From the NCBI GenBank assembly GCA_963778655.1, contig CAVZVA010000002.1, positions 160,001 to 224,000 on the forward strand: a stretch of 64,000 nt of DNA, given 5' to 3'. This DNA comes from an uncultured delta proteobacterium (GTDB lineage Bacteria > Myxococcota_A > Polyangia > Polyangiales > JAFGIB01). Positions 9,590 through 18,600 of this stretch are shown piece after piece (the first letter of the stretch is position 1; each line of letters begins with the position of its first letter). Made by a program: the position numbers and the translations under genes. Under the pieces are notes generated by a model. The model made no database searches. It was not told where the DNA came from and saw only the letters and a list, made by a program, of their open reading frames with translations.

Positions 9590-10735
9590 ATGCCGACCGC
9601 GCTCACGCTCGTGGTGTTCCTGATCGCCAGCGACGACGCGACCGCGGGCGCGCTCGCGCGCGCCGCGCAGGATGCGCTGGGGCCGCAGGCGACGATCGTG
9701 GTGCGCGCTGCGGCGGCGCCGCCGAGCGACGAGGACGCCCAGGCCACGGCGCGCACACAGCGCGCAAGCGCCTGCGCAGTGGTGAGCTGGCAAGACGCAG
9801 CGCGGCTGCACGCGCGCGTGCACCTCCAGCTCGAGCCGTCCGGGCCATGGACCGACCGCGAGTTGGTGTTCGAGCCCGCCGACGCAGCCGGCGAGAAAGG
9901 CCGCGCGCTCGGCTTCGCCCTGGCGTCCATGCTGCCGCCGCGCGCGGGCGCGCCGCCGCAGGTCGAGCCGGCGCCCGAGCCCGAGGCGGCGGCCGCGCCG
10001 CAGGCCGAGCCGGCGGCTGCGACGCCGCAGCCCGAGCCGGCGGCCGCAAGCGCGGCGCAGCCGCTTGTCGCAGCGCAACCGCCCGCGACGGCAGCCGCGA
10101 CCGCGCCGGCGAGAGCGGCTGCTGCGCAGGCGCGCGCACAGCCGCACGCGGCCCAGGCCCAGGCCGACGCCGAGCGCCCTCCTGCGCCGGCGCCCGCCGA
10201 GAGCCCGGTGCAGCCGCGCGGCCGTCCCCTCGGATCCGTCGACGTGCTGGCGAGCGCGACCGACGGCTGGGGCGGCGAAGGGCCGCGCTTCGGCGGTGCG
10301 CTGGCTGCGCAATGGCACTTCGTTCGTCATTTCGGCCTGCGCGCGCTGCTCGCCGTGCGCGCCGGCCAGGTGGAGGCGATCGAGGCCTCCGCCATGGTGC
10401 TGGATGTGGGCGCCGGCATCACCTGGCACACCGAGCCCGACCGCCGCGCGCTGCCGCTTGGCGCAGGTCTGCGCCTGGAGGCGCTGGCCTTGCGCCAGGC
10501 GCTGACGCGCGGGGCCGCGGCGGGACGGCCACGGGAAAGTCACGATCGCTGGCTCCCGGCTGCGCAGCTGGTGGCCGAGGGGAGCTGGGAATTCTCCCAA
10601 GACGCGGCCCTGGTCGCCGGAGCCGGAGGCCGGCTCGCGCTGGGCAAGACCAGCGTGCTGGTCGGGGGCCACCCCCGGGCCAGCCTGCTGCCGGCCTCGC
10701 TGCTGTTCGAGCTGGGGCTGCGCGCGCGCTTTTGA
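9590..10735 (+). CDS. Hypothetical protein with Pro/Ala linker and C-terminal beta-barrel-like region, first gene of ECF cassette
   Basis: Amphipathic beta-strand-like C-terminus ending ELGLRARF; directly upstream of the ECF sigma gene. Confidence 0.65.
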   Translation: MPTALTLVVFLIASDDATAGALARAAQDALGPQATIVVRAAAAPPSDEDAQATARTQRASACAVVSWQDAARLHARVHLQLEPSGPWTDRELVFEPADAAGEKGRALGFALASMLPPRAGAPPQVEPAPEPEAAAAPQAEPAAATPQPEPAAASAAQPLVAAQPPATAAATAPARAAAAQARAQPHAAQAQADAERPPAPAPAESPVQPRGRPLGSVDVLASATDGWGGEGPRFGGALAAQWHFVRHFGLRALLAVRAGQVEAIEASAMVLDVGAGITWHTEPDRRALPLGAGLRLEALALRQALTRGAAAGRPRESHDRWLPAAQLVAEGSWEFSQDAALVAGAGGRLALGKTSVLVGGHPRASLLPASLLFELGLRARF

Positions 10736-10773
10736 GCCTGCCCCGCGCTGCCTCGCGGTACAAATTCGATGCT

Positions 10774-11454
10774 ATGGCGGCGTCCACCCACAAGCCCGCT
10801 CGACCCCAGCTGCGATTGGCGGCCAGCGACGGGGTGCCGCGGCAACAGCAGCCGCCGCGATCGCCCGAGCCCTCGCTCGACGACACCCAGCTGCTGCAAG
10901 CGCTGCGCCGCGGCGACGCCGGCGCTGCCACCTCGCTGCACGACCGCGCGCGGCCGCAGGTCGAGCGTACGATCGCGCGCCTGCTCGGGCGCAGCGACGT
11001 CGATCGCGAGGATCTGGCGCAGCTGGCGATGATCGAGCTGGTGACCAGCGCCGATCGCTTTCGCGGCGACTGCTCGCTCGACGGCTGGATCTCGCTGATC
11101 ACGGCGCGCGTCGTGTACAAGCACCTGCGCCGCCGCACGCTCGAGCGCCGGATCTTCGAGGGCGCGGTGCACGACGATCTGCCGTCGGCCTCGGGCCGCG
11201 CGCCGGCGCGCGAGACGGCGGTGCGCGGGCTGATCGCGCGCGTGCGCGGCCACCTCGACCGCCTGGACGAAAACAAGGCGTGGACCTTCCTGCTGCACGA
11301 CGTGTGCGGTTATGATCTGCGCGAGATCGCCGAGATCACGGGCGTGAGCGTGGCCGCGGCGCAAACACGGTTGACGCGCGGGCGGCGCGAGCTGCACGAG
11401 CGCATCGCGGGCGACCCGGAGCTCGCGGGCGCGCTGGACGAGGCGGGAGGATGA
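10774..11454 (+). CDS. ECF RNA polymerase sigma factor
   Basis: Region 2 EDLAQ..FRGDCSLDGWI; region 4 FLLHDVCGYDLREIAEITGVSVAAAQTRLTRGR. Confidence 0.92.
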   Translation: MAASTHKPARPQLRLAASDGVPRQQQPPRSPEPSLDDTQLLQALRRGDAGAATSLHDRARPQVERTIARLLGRSDVDREDLAQLAMIELVTSADRFRGDCSLDGWISLITARVVYKHLRRRTLERRIFEGAVHDDLPSASGRAPARETAVRGLIARVRGHLDRLDENKAWTFLLHDVCGYDLREIAEITGVSVAAAQTRLTRGRRELHERIAGDPELAGALDEAGG

Positions 11455-11455
11455 G

Positions 11456-12592
11456 GTGACGGTCCCGCGTTACGCACGACTGGCCGGCGAGCTGCTGCGC
11501 GATGACGCGAGCGCGGAAGCGGGGGCGCAGCCCGGCGCCCAGACGCGCACGCAGGCGATCGCGGCGCTGGAGCAGGCGCTCGCGCGCAAGGCCCGGCGCC
11601 GGCGCGTCGCGCGTATCTCCGCGCTCGCGCTGGCGGCCGCGGCGGCGCTGGCGCTTGCCTGGCTGGGGACGGCGCGCGCGCCGCAGTCGCCGGCGGTCGC
11701 GGCACGCGGCGCGCGGTCGAGCGCGCGGCCCGCGGTGGTAGCGCACGCGCGCGGAGACGGCGCGCGCATCATCGGCGGCGAGCCGCTGCAGAGCGGCGGC
11801 CAGGCGCTGCTGCCCGGCGCGCGCGTGGTTGCGCTGCCACACGGCCACGCGCTGCTGGCGTTCGCCACCGGCACACGGGTCGACGTCGAGCAGGGCGGCG
11901 ACGTCACGCTGGTCCAGGCGAACGCATCGCAGGTGCTCTCGCTGCAGGCCGGAGCGCTGCGCGCGCACGTGGCCAAGCTCGCGGCCGGGCGGCGCTTCTT
12001 GGTGCGTACCGCGGATGCCGAAGTCGAGGTGCACGGCACGTCGTTTCGCGTGGCCAACGCCGCGCCCGATCCCGGCTGCGGCGACGGCGCGCGAACGCGC
12101 GTCGACGTGTACGAGGGCGTGGTCACGGTGCGGCATGCGGGCCGCGAGCAGTACGTGCGAGCCGGTGAAGCCTGGCCCGCAGGCTGCACACACTCGAGCG
12201 CCGCGGCCGAGCAGCCCGCGCGCCCGCAGCGCGCCGCGGCCCAGGCGGCGCGACAGCCGCGCGCGACAGGCGCGCCCGTGCCGAGCCCAGAGCTGGTCGC
12301 GCCTGCGCGCGCGCCCACGGCCTCGGAGCTTGCGGCGCAGAACGAGGCCTTCGCCGGCGCGCTCGCCGACAAGCGCCACGGCCGGCTCGAGGCCGCCGTG
12401 CGAGGCTTCGAGTCGCTGCTCGCGCGCTACCCGCGCGGACCGCTGGCCGAGAGCGCGGCGGCGCAGCGCATGCAGCTGCTGGACGAGCTCGACGCCGGGC
12501 GCGCGGCCCGTGCCGCCCGCGACTACCTGCGGCTCTACCCGCGAGGCTTCGCCCGCGAGCAGGCCGAGGCGATCGTGGCGGAGAGCCGGTGA
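11456..12592 (+). CDS. FecR-domain anti-sigma factor with C-terminal TPR-like region
   Basis: Single TM, FLVRTADAEVEVHGTSFRV and VDVYEGVVTV FecR motifs, LARYPRGPLAE and YLRLYPRG tail; adjacent to ECF sigma. Confidence 0.88.
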   Translation: MTVPRYARLAGELLRDDASAEAGAQPGAQTRTQAIAALEQALARKARRRRVARISALALAAAAALALAWLGTARAPQSPAVAARGARSSARPAVVAHARGDGARIIGGEPLQSGGQALLPGARVVALPHGHALLAFATGTRVDVEQGGDVTLVQANASQVLSLQAGALRAHVAKLAAGRRFLVRTADAEVEVHGTSFRVANAAPDPGCGDGARTRVDVYEGVVTVRHAGREQYVRAGEAWPAGCTHSSAAAEQPARPQRAAAQAARQPRATGAPVPSPELVAPARAPTASELAAQNEAFAGALADKRHGRLEAAVRGFESLLARYPRGPLAESAAAQRMQLLDELDAGRAARAARDYLRLYPRGFAREQAEAIVAESR

Positions 12593-13185
12593 GCACCCGC
12601 GCCTCGGCGCTACTGCTGCTGGCTCTCGCCGGCGCCTGCAACGGCCAGCTGCGCTTCCAGGATCAGGACGCGGCCAGCACGCGCGCGCCGTGTACGCGCG
12701 ACACCGACTGCGGGCTTCCGTCGCTGCACTGCGACCCGTTCTCCGGCGCCTGCGTGGCCTGCACGGCCGACGTGCACTGCGGTCAGGGCGCGCGTCGCTG
12801 CGATACCGCGCTGCACCGCTGCATCGAGTGCGGCAGCCAGCTCGACTGCGCGAGCGGCCAGGTGTGCGAGGCGATGACGCACCGCTGCGTGCAGAGCTGC
12901 GGCGAAAGCGGTGAAGCGGCCTGTCCGCCGAACGCGCCAACCTGCGACGAGCAGCTCGGGCTGTGCGTGGAGTGCCAGGGCGATGCGGATTGCGCGGCGC
13001 ACACCGACGACGGCTCGTTCTGCCAGGTCGCGAGCGGTCGCTGCGTGCAGTGCACCGAGGACAGCCAGTGCCCCCGCTCGGCACCGCGCTGCGATCCGGC
13101 CCGCGGCCGCTGCGCGCAGTGCACCTCCTCCAACGACTGCCCTCCGCCGCACAGCTGCGATCCCCAGACGCTGCACTGCGTGTGA
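12589..13185 (+). CDS. Cys-rich repeat lipoprotein
   Basis: LAGAC lipobox then 28 further Cys in seven 4-Cys repeats (CVxCxxDxxC type); GTGA overlap with the anti-sigma stop. Confidence 0.82.
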   Translation: MSTRASALLLLALAGACNGQLRFQDQDAASTRAPCTRDTDCGLPSLHCDPFSGACVACTADVHCGQGARRCDTALHRCIECGSQLDCASGQVCEAMTHRCVQSCGESGEAACPPNAPTCDEQLGLCVECQGDADCAAHTDDGSFCQVASGRCVQCTEDSQCPRSAPRCDPARGRCAQCTSSNDCPPPHSCDPQTLHCV

Positions 13186-13258
13186 GGCGCCGAGCGTCGG
13201 CGCGGCGCCGCCGAATCGTTGCTGACTGGGGCCCCATGCCGGCGAGCCTGGCCGGGGC

Positions 13259-14629
13259 TCAGGCCGCGCGCGAACGGCGCCGCCGCCGCAGGCGGACGCC
13301 GCAGGCCAGCAGCGCGAGCAGCATCCAGCCGAGCGCGCGCAGGCCCGGTCGCGCCCCGGCACCGAGCGCCGTGCAGCCGCAACCCGATGAGGCGGGTGGC
13401 ACCACTGAGCCGGAGCCGCCGTCGATGCCGAACTCGTCCAGGCTCCCCGCGGGCATGGCCAGCAAGGCTTGCAGGTTCATCCACGGGATCGCGCAGCGCG
13501 TGGGCAGGCTGCCGCACTGCAGTGGGCCCTCGATGTCCTTGAAGCGAAGCAACGGCTGCCAGCTCGCGCCCTGGTCGTCGGACACGCCGACCGCAAAGTC
13601 GTCCATGGTGTCGTCGGCCACCGCGTAGAGCCGCCCGCCGCGCTCGCCGAGCGCGCGCAAGTGCGGGGCGTGCGGCCAGTCGCCGAACGACTTGCCGCCG
13701 TCGGTCGAGATGTACGCGCCGGCCTGCTTGGTGCCGACGATCAAGGCGCCGTCGGAACGACGCAGAAACGCGCTCATCGTGATGCGCTCGCCGAGCTTCA
13801 GCGGCACCTTCACGCTTCCGTCCGCGTCGTCGTAGATCGCGAGGCTGTCGGTGGTGCTGTCCTCGGCTCGCAGGTAGACCTTGTTCGCGTCGACCGGGTC
13901 GACCGCCAGGATCCGCGGCAGCAAGGGACCCAGCACCCCCGAGAGGTCGTGATCGCGCCAGCTGTCGCCGCCGTCGCGCGAGCGCACCAGATGGGGCAGG
14001 ATCGGCGTCGAGCCGTACAGCGCCAGATACACGGTCTGTGGATCGCTGCGCGCGATCTCGACGCCGGTGATGTACGTACCCGATTGCGTCTGGTACTTCG
14101 CGACGTGGAAGCTCTGGCCGCCGTCGTGCGACTCCACCACCGAGGGCGACGGCACGCCGCCGTCGTCGTCGACCTGCGCCACCGCCAGCACGCGGCTTGC
14201 GTCTTTGGGATCAGGGAAGACGTCGCCCGCGGAATCGATCTGGCCGTGCGCGGGGTCCCAGGAGCAACCGTCGTCGTCGGACTCCACCAGGCCGTCGACG
14301 GTGATCGCGTAGAGGCGATCCTGCGGCGCGGCACCGAGCTGGTAGAGCGTCGCGAACTGCCCGATCGCTTCCTCGCACACCCAGCGCCAGCTGGCGCCGT
14401 CGTCGTCGGAGCGCAGCAGCCCGAAGTTGGTGGCGACCAGGATGCGCTGCGGCTGGTCCTCGGGCAGCATGATGCTGAGCGAATCGGGAAACGCGCCATC
14501 CGCGCGCGCGGGCGCGACGCGTAGCAAGCCGAGCGCGGCGGCCAGCCCCAGCGCGACGCGCCAGAGCCGAGACGCCCGCGCCGGTGCAACACGCGCGCTG
14601 GCGCGCGCCGAGCCCGTGGCTCCAATCAT
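13259..14629 (-). CDS. BNR/Asp-box beta-propeller protein with MYXO-CTERM sorting signal
   Basis: Repeated SxDxGxSW/F Asp-boxes; C-terminal SSGCGC, hydrophobic segment and RRRRR. Confidence 0.85.
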   Translation of the reverse strand: MIGATGSARASARVAPARASRLWRVALGLAAALGLLRVAPARADGAFPDSLSIMLPEDQPQRILVATNFGLLRSDDDGASWRWVCEEAIGQFATLYQLGAAPQDRLYAITVDGLVESDDDGCSWDPAHGQIDSAGDVFPDPKDASRVLAVAQVDDDGGVPSPSVVESHDGGQSFHVAKYQTQSGTYITGVEIARSDPQTVYLALYGSTPILPHLVRSRDGGDSWRDHDLSGVLGPLLPRILAVDPVDANKVYLRAEDSTTDSLAIYDDADGSVKVPLKLGERITMSAFLRRSDGALIVGTKQAGAYISTDGGKSFGDWPHAPHLRALGERGGRLYAVADDTMDDFAVGVSDDQGASWQPLLRFKDIEGPLQCGSLPTRCAIPWMNLQALLAMPAGSLDEFGIDGGSGSVVPPASSGCGCTALGAGARPGLRALGWMLLALLACGVRLRRRRRSRAA

Positions 14630-14774
14630 GGCCGGGTGCTCGGACCTCGGTCCAAACGCCCGATTCCCTGGGCCGACCGATCTGCACAAAGGAGTCAAGT
14701 CTTGGCGAGGCCCCTGTCTTGACGCGTGTCGAGTCACATGTCTCGCGGGTCTGAGGCGCAGCTTCGCCAAAGTC

Positions 14775-14945
14775 CTAGAGCACCGAACATATTGAAGCAC
14801 GCACGATTTCGGGGCCCTCGCGGGCGCATGGCACGTGCGCTCCCCGCTCGACGTAGGATGGACTACGCCTTCGGGCTCCCGCCCGCACCCTGCATCCCGC
14901 CATGACCCCGACTTCGCACACGTTTCAATATGTTCGGTGCTCTAG
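14775..14945. mobile_element. MITE-like non-autonomous element (171 bp)
   Basis: Perfect 22-bp inverted repeat CTAGAGCACCGAACATATTGAA (14775-14796) / TTCAATATGTTCGGTGCTCTAG (14924-14945), CTAG at both ends, no transposase inside. Confidence 0.7.
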
Positions 14946-15031
14946 CAACCGAGGGCCGCGCTGTCCAACGCCCGAACGCGAGCAAGCATTCGCACCGGAC
15001 CCGCGGCGCGTGCTAGGGTGTGCCCTGCGCG

Positions 15032-15532
15032 ATGTTCGGCAAGCGAACCTCCAACCCGCCGCGTGCCGTCGGCAGTCAGCTGGTCGATGCCCTCGTGCGC
15101 GAGCGAATGCCCGGCGCCGACGAGGACACGCTGCGTCTGGTGGTCGCGGTCACCGGGCTGCTGGCCTGTGTCGCCTACGCCGATCGCCAGTATACCGAAG
15201 CGGAGCAGGCCTACGTGCGTGAGGCGCTCGGGCGCGTGCAAGGGCTCAGCGGCGAGGCAGCCGGCGCGATCTGCGCCGCGCTGCGGGCTCACGTCGCGGA
15301 GATCGCCGCCAGCAACACCCAGGCCTACACGCGCGACCTGCGCGAGCTCGGCGATCTGGCGCTGCGGCGCGAGGTGCTCGACGTGCTGGTCGACCTGGCC
15401 GCGGCCGACGACGAGCTGGCGATGGCGGAGACCGACCTGCTGCGGCGCACCGCCAGCGCGATGGGCCTGAGCGCCGACGACTACCTGCGCGCGCAAGCGC
15501 GCTACCGCGACCGCCTCAGCCTGCTCAAGTGA
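15032..15532 (+). CDS. TerB family (tellurite-resistance-like) protein
   Basis: GLLACVAYADRQYTEAE and LVDLAAADDELAMAETDLLRR..MGL duplicated TerB motifs. Confidence 0.82.
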   Translation: MFGKRTSNPPRAVGSQLVDALVRERMPGADEDTLRLVVAVTGLLACVAYADRQYTEAEQAYVREALGRVQGLSGEAAGAICAALRAHVAEIAASNTQAYTRDLRELGDLALRREVLDVLVDLAAADDELAMAETDLLRRTASAMGLSADDYLRAQARYRDRLSLLK

Positions 15533-15698
15533 GCGCGGCGCGCACGTACGGCCAACCAGCGCGCAGCACCTGGACGACCTGTGCCTACATTGGCGCCACC
15601 TCACGCGCCCGGGCTGGGCGCTGCATCGGCGCTCGGGGTGGAAGTTGCGAAAACGACTGGGGTACACTGAAGCTCTTACGCGATTAGGAGCGAGCCTC

Positions 15699-18600
15699 AT
15701 GCCATTGGACCGCGTGTCTTTCCGCGCGCCGCTCGCGGCCGCGTGGCTGTTGTCGGCGATCGCAGTGGCCGCCGCCGGCCAGGGCTGCGGCGGCGGCAGT
15801 CATGGATCCGCCGCCTCCGGGCCCGAGGCCGGAACGCACGACGACGGCGGTAAGAGCGACGCAGGTGGCGACGCAGGCAAGCCCGACGGCGGCGCCGACG
15901 CCGGCCAGAACGACGCAGGCAAGAGCGACGGCGGCAGCCCGCACGACGGCGGCGGCTCCGACTCCGGTCCGGCGGTCGACGGCGGCCACGACGGCGGCAC
16001 CAACCACGCGCCGGTCGCCGCGGACCAGCGCCTGGATACCGGCGAGGACGTCTCGGTGGACATCACGCTCGGCGCCAGCGACGAGGACGGCGACGCGCTC
16101 ACCTTCACGGTGGTGGATCAGCCGGCCCACGGCAGCTTGAGCGGGAGCGCGCCGGATCTGAGCTACACGCCGAACGCCGACTTCAACGGCGAGGACAGCT
16201 TCACTTTCAAGGCGAGCGATGGCCAGCTCGACTCGGCGCCCGCGACCGTGACCATCAGCATCGCCGCCGTCAACGACGCGCCCAACGCCCAGGACGACGC
16301 GCTCACGGTGGCCGAAGGCGGCAGCGCGACCGTGCTGGATGGCGGGGAAACCAGCCTGCTCGCCAACGACAGCGATGTCGAGGGCGACTCGCTGACGCTC
16401 TCGACCACGCCGGTGGCGGCGCCCAGCCACGGCACGCTCACGCTCAACGCCGACGGCACCTTCAGCTATACCCACGACGGCAGCGAGGGCGGCAGCGACA
16501 GCTTCAGCTACTCGGTGTGCGACGACGGCAGCCCATCGCAGTGCGCCACGGCCACGGTCGCGATTACGGTCACGCCGGTCAACGACGCGCCCATGGCGGT
16601 CGCCGACAGCGCCGTGGTCGAGGTCGGCGCGACCGTGACCACGCTCGAGGGCGGCGCGACCAGCGTGCTCGCCAACGACTCCGACCCGGAGCAAGGCACG
16701 CTGACGGCGACCACCACGCCGGTCACCGCGCCCAGCCATGGCACACTCATGCTCAACGCCGACGGCAGCTTCAGCTACACCCACGACGGCGGAAGCGACA
16801 CCGAAGACAGCTTCGTCTATCAGGTGTGCGACGACGACGCGTCGCCGCTGTGCGCGATGGCCACGGTCAGCCTCAGCATCGTGCCGGTCAACGCAGCTCC
16901 GGTCTTGGGCGACGACAACCTCAGCGTGACGCAAGGCGGCACCGCCACCTTGCTGGCCGGCGGGGTCGCCAGCCTGCTCGCCAACGACTCGCCGGGCGAC
17001 AGCGGCCAGAGCTTGCAGGTCAGCACCACGCCGGCCGGCGCGCCGGCTCACGGCACGCTCACGCTCAACGCCGACGGCACCTTCAGCTACACCCACGACG
17101 GCAGCAGCGGCGGCAGCGACAGCTTCATGTACGAAGCCTGCGACGATGGGATCCCGGCCAAGTGCGCGACGGCGACGGTTGCGGTCGCCGTCGCCGCGAG
17201 CAATCACGCGCCCACGCCGATGGCGGACAGCTTGACCGTGCTCGAGGGCGGCACCGCCACCATGCTCGACGGCGGCGCAACCAGCCTGCTCGCCAACGAC
17301 ACCGACCCCGACGGCAACAATCTCTCGGCCGCGCTGGGTCCGCTGGTCGCGCCCAGCCACGGCACGCTGGCGATCCTGTCCGACGGCAGCTTCAGTTACA
17401 TCCACGACGGCAGCGAGACCACCTCCGACAGCTTCAGCTACGTGGTGTGCGACGACGGCACCCCCTCGCTGTGCGCGAGCGCAAGCGTGACCATCGCCGT
17501 GACGCCCGTCAACGATCCGCCCAGCGCCGGAACCGACAGCTTCAGCACGGTCGGCAACACCCTGCTGGTAGCTCCGAACACCGCTCCGAGCATCCTCGCC
17601 AACGACAGCGACGTCGAAGGCAACGGCTTCGCCATCACCAGCTATGACGCGACCAGCGCCGAGGGCGGTAGCGTGGTGCTGGATATGGCGGACGGCAGCT
17701 TCAACTACCTGCCTCCGGCCGGCTTCAAGGGCACCGATAGCTTCACCTACACCGTGACCGACGACGGATCTCCGGCCGCCAGCGGCGTCGGCACGGTGCA
17801 GATCGAGGTGGTCGACATGGTGTGGTACGTGGACAACACCGGCTCCGGCGGCAGCGGCCGTTCCACCGAGCCGTTCGCCGACCTGGCCTCGGCGCAGGCG
17901 GCCTCGAGCGCCGGCGACGTGATCTTCGTGCACACCGGCTCCGGCCCCTACGCGGGCGGCATCGCCCTCAAAGACGGCCAGCAGCTGCTGGGCGAGGGCG
18001 CCGGCCTGGCGGTGATGCCCAACGCGATGATCGCGGCGGGCAGCGCGCCCGAGATCACCAACGCCGGGGGCGACGCAGTCACGCTGGCCGCGGGCAATCT
18101 GATCCGCGGCCTGAGCGTGAACGGCCCGAGCGGCGCGGCCTTCGCGGGCAGCGGCATCGGCGGCGCGACGGTGATCTCCGACGTCGCCATCGGCGCCGCC
18201 GGCGGCGCGGCCGTCGCCATCACCGGCACCGGCTCGCTCGAGCTCGCCAACGCGGGCGCGATCTCCGCCCAGAGCGGCCTCCTACTCGACGGGCTGAACG
18301 CGGTCACGGTCGCCGACAGCGGGATCTCGATCAGCGCCAGCGGCGGCCCTGCGTTGGAGATCAGCTCGGTCGGCAGCCTAGAGCTGACCTTCGACGCGCT
18401 CGACTCCAGCAACAGCGCGCGCTCCGGCGTCAAGCTGGACGGCGTGGGCGGCTCGCTGGTGGTCAAGAACGGGACCACCGTCTCGAGCCCACAGGCCGAC
18501 GGCATCGCGGTGCACGGCGCCACCGGCTCCGCCAGCTTCGACTTCGGCTCCTGCCACGTACAGGACGCAGGCAAGAACGCCGGCGACGGCTACGCCTTCG

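Noticed and set aside
15032..15532. TerB as part of a ter stress or defence island
   Set aside because: Single TerB-like gene with no other ter genes nearby
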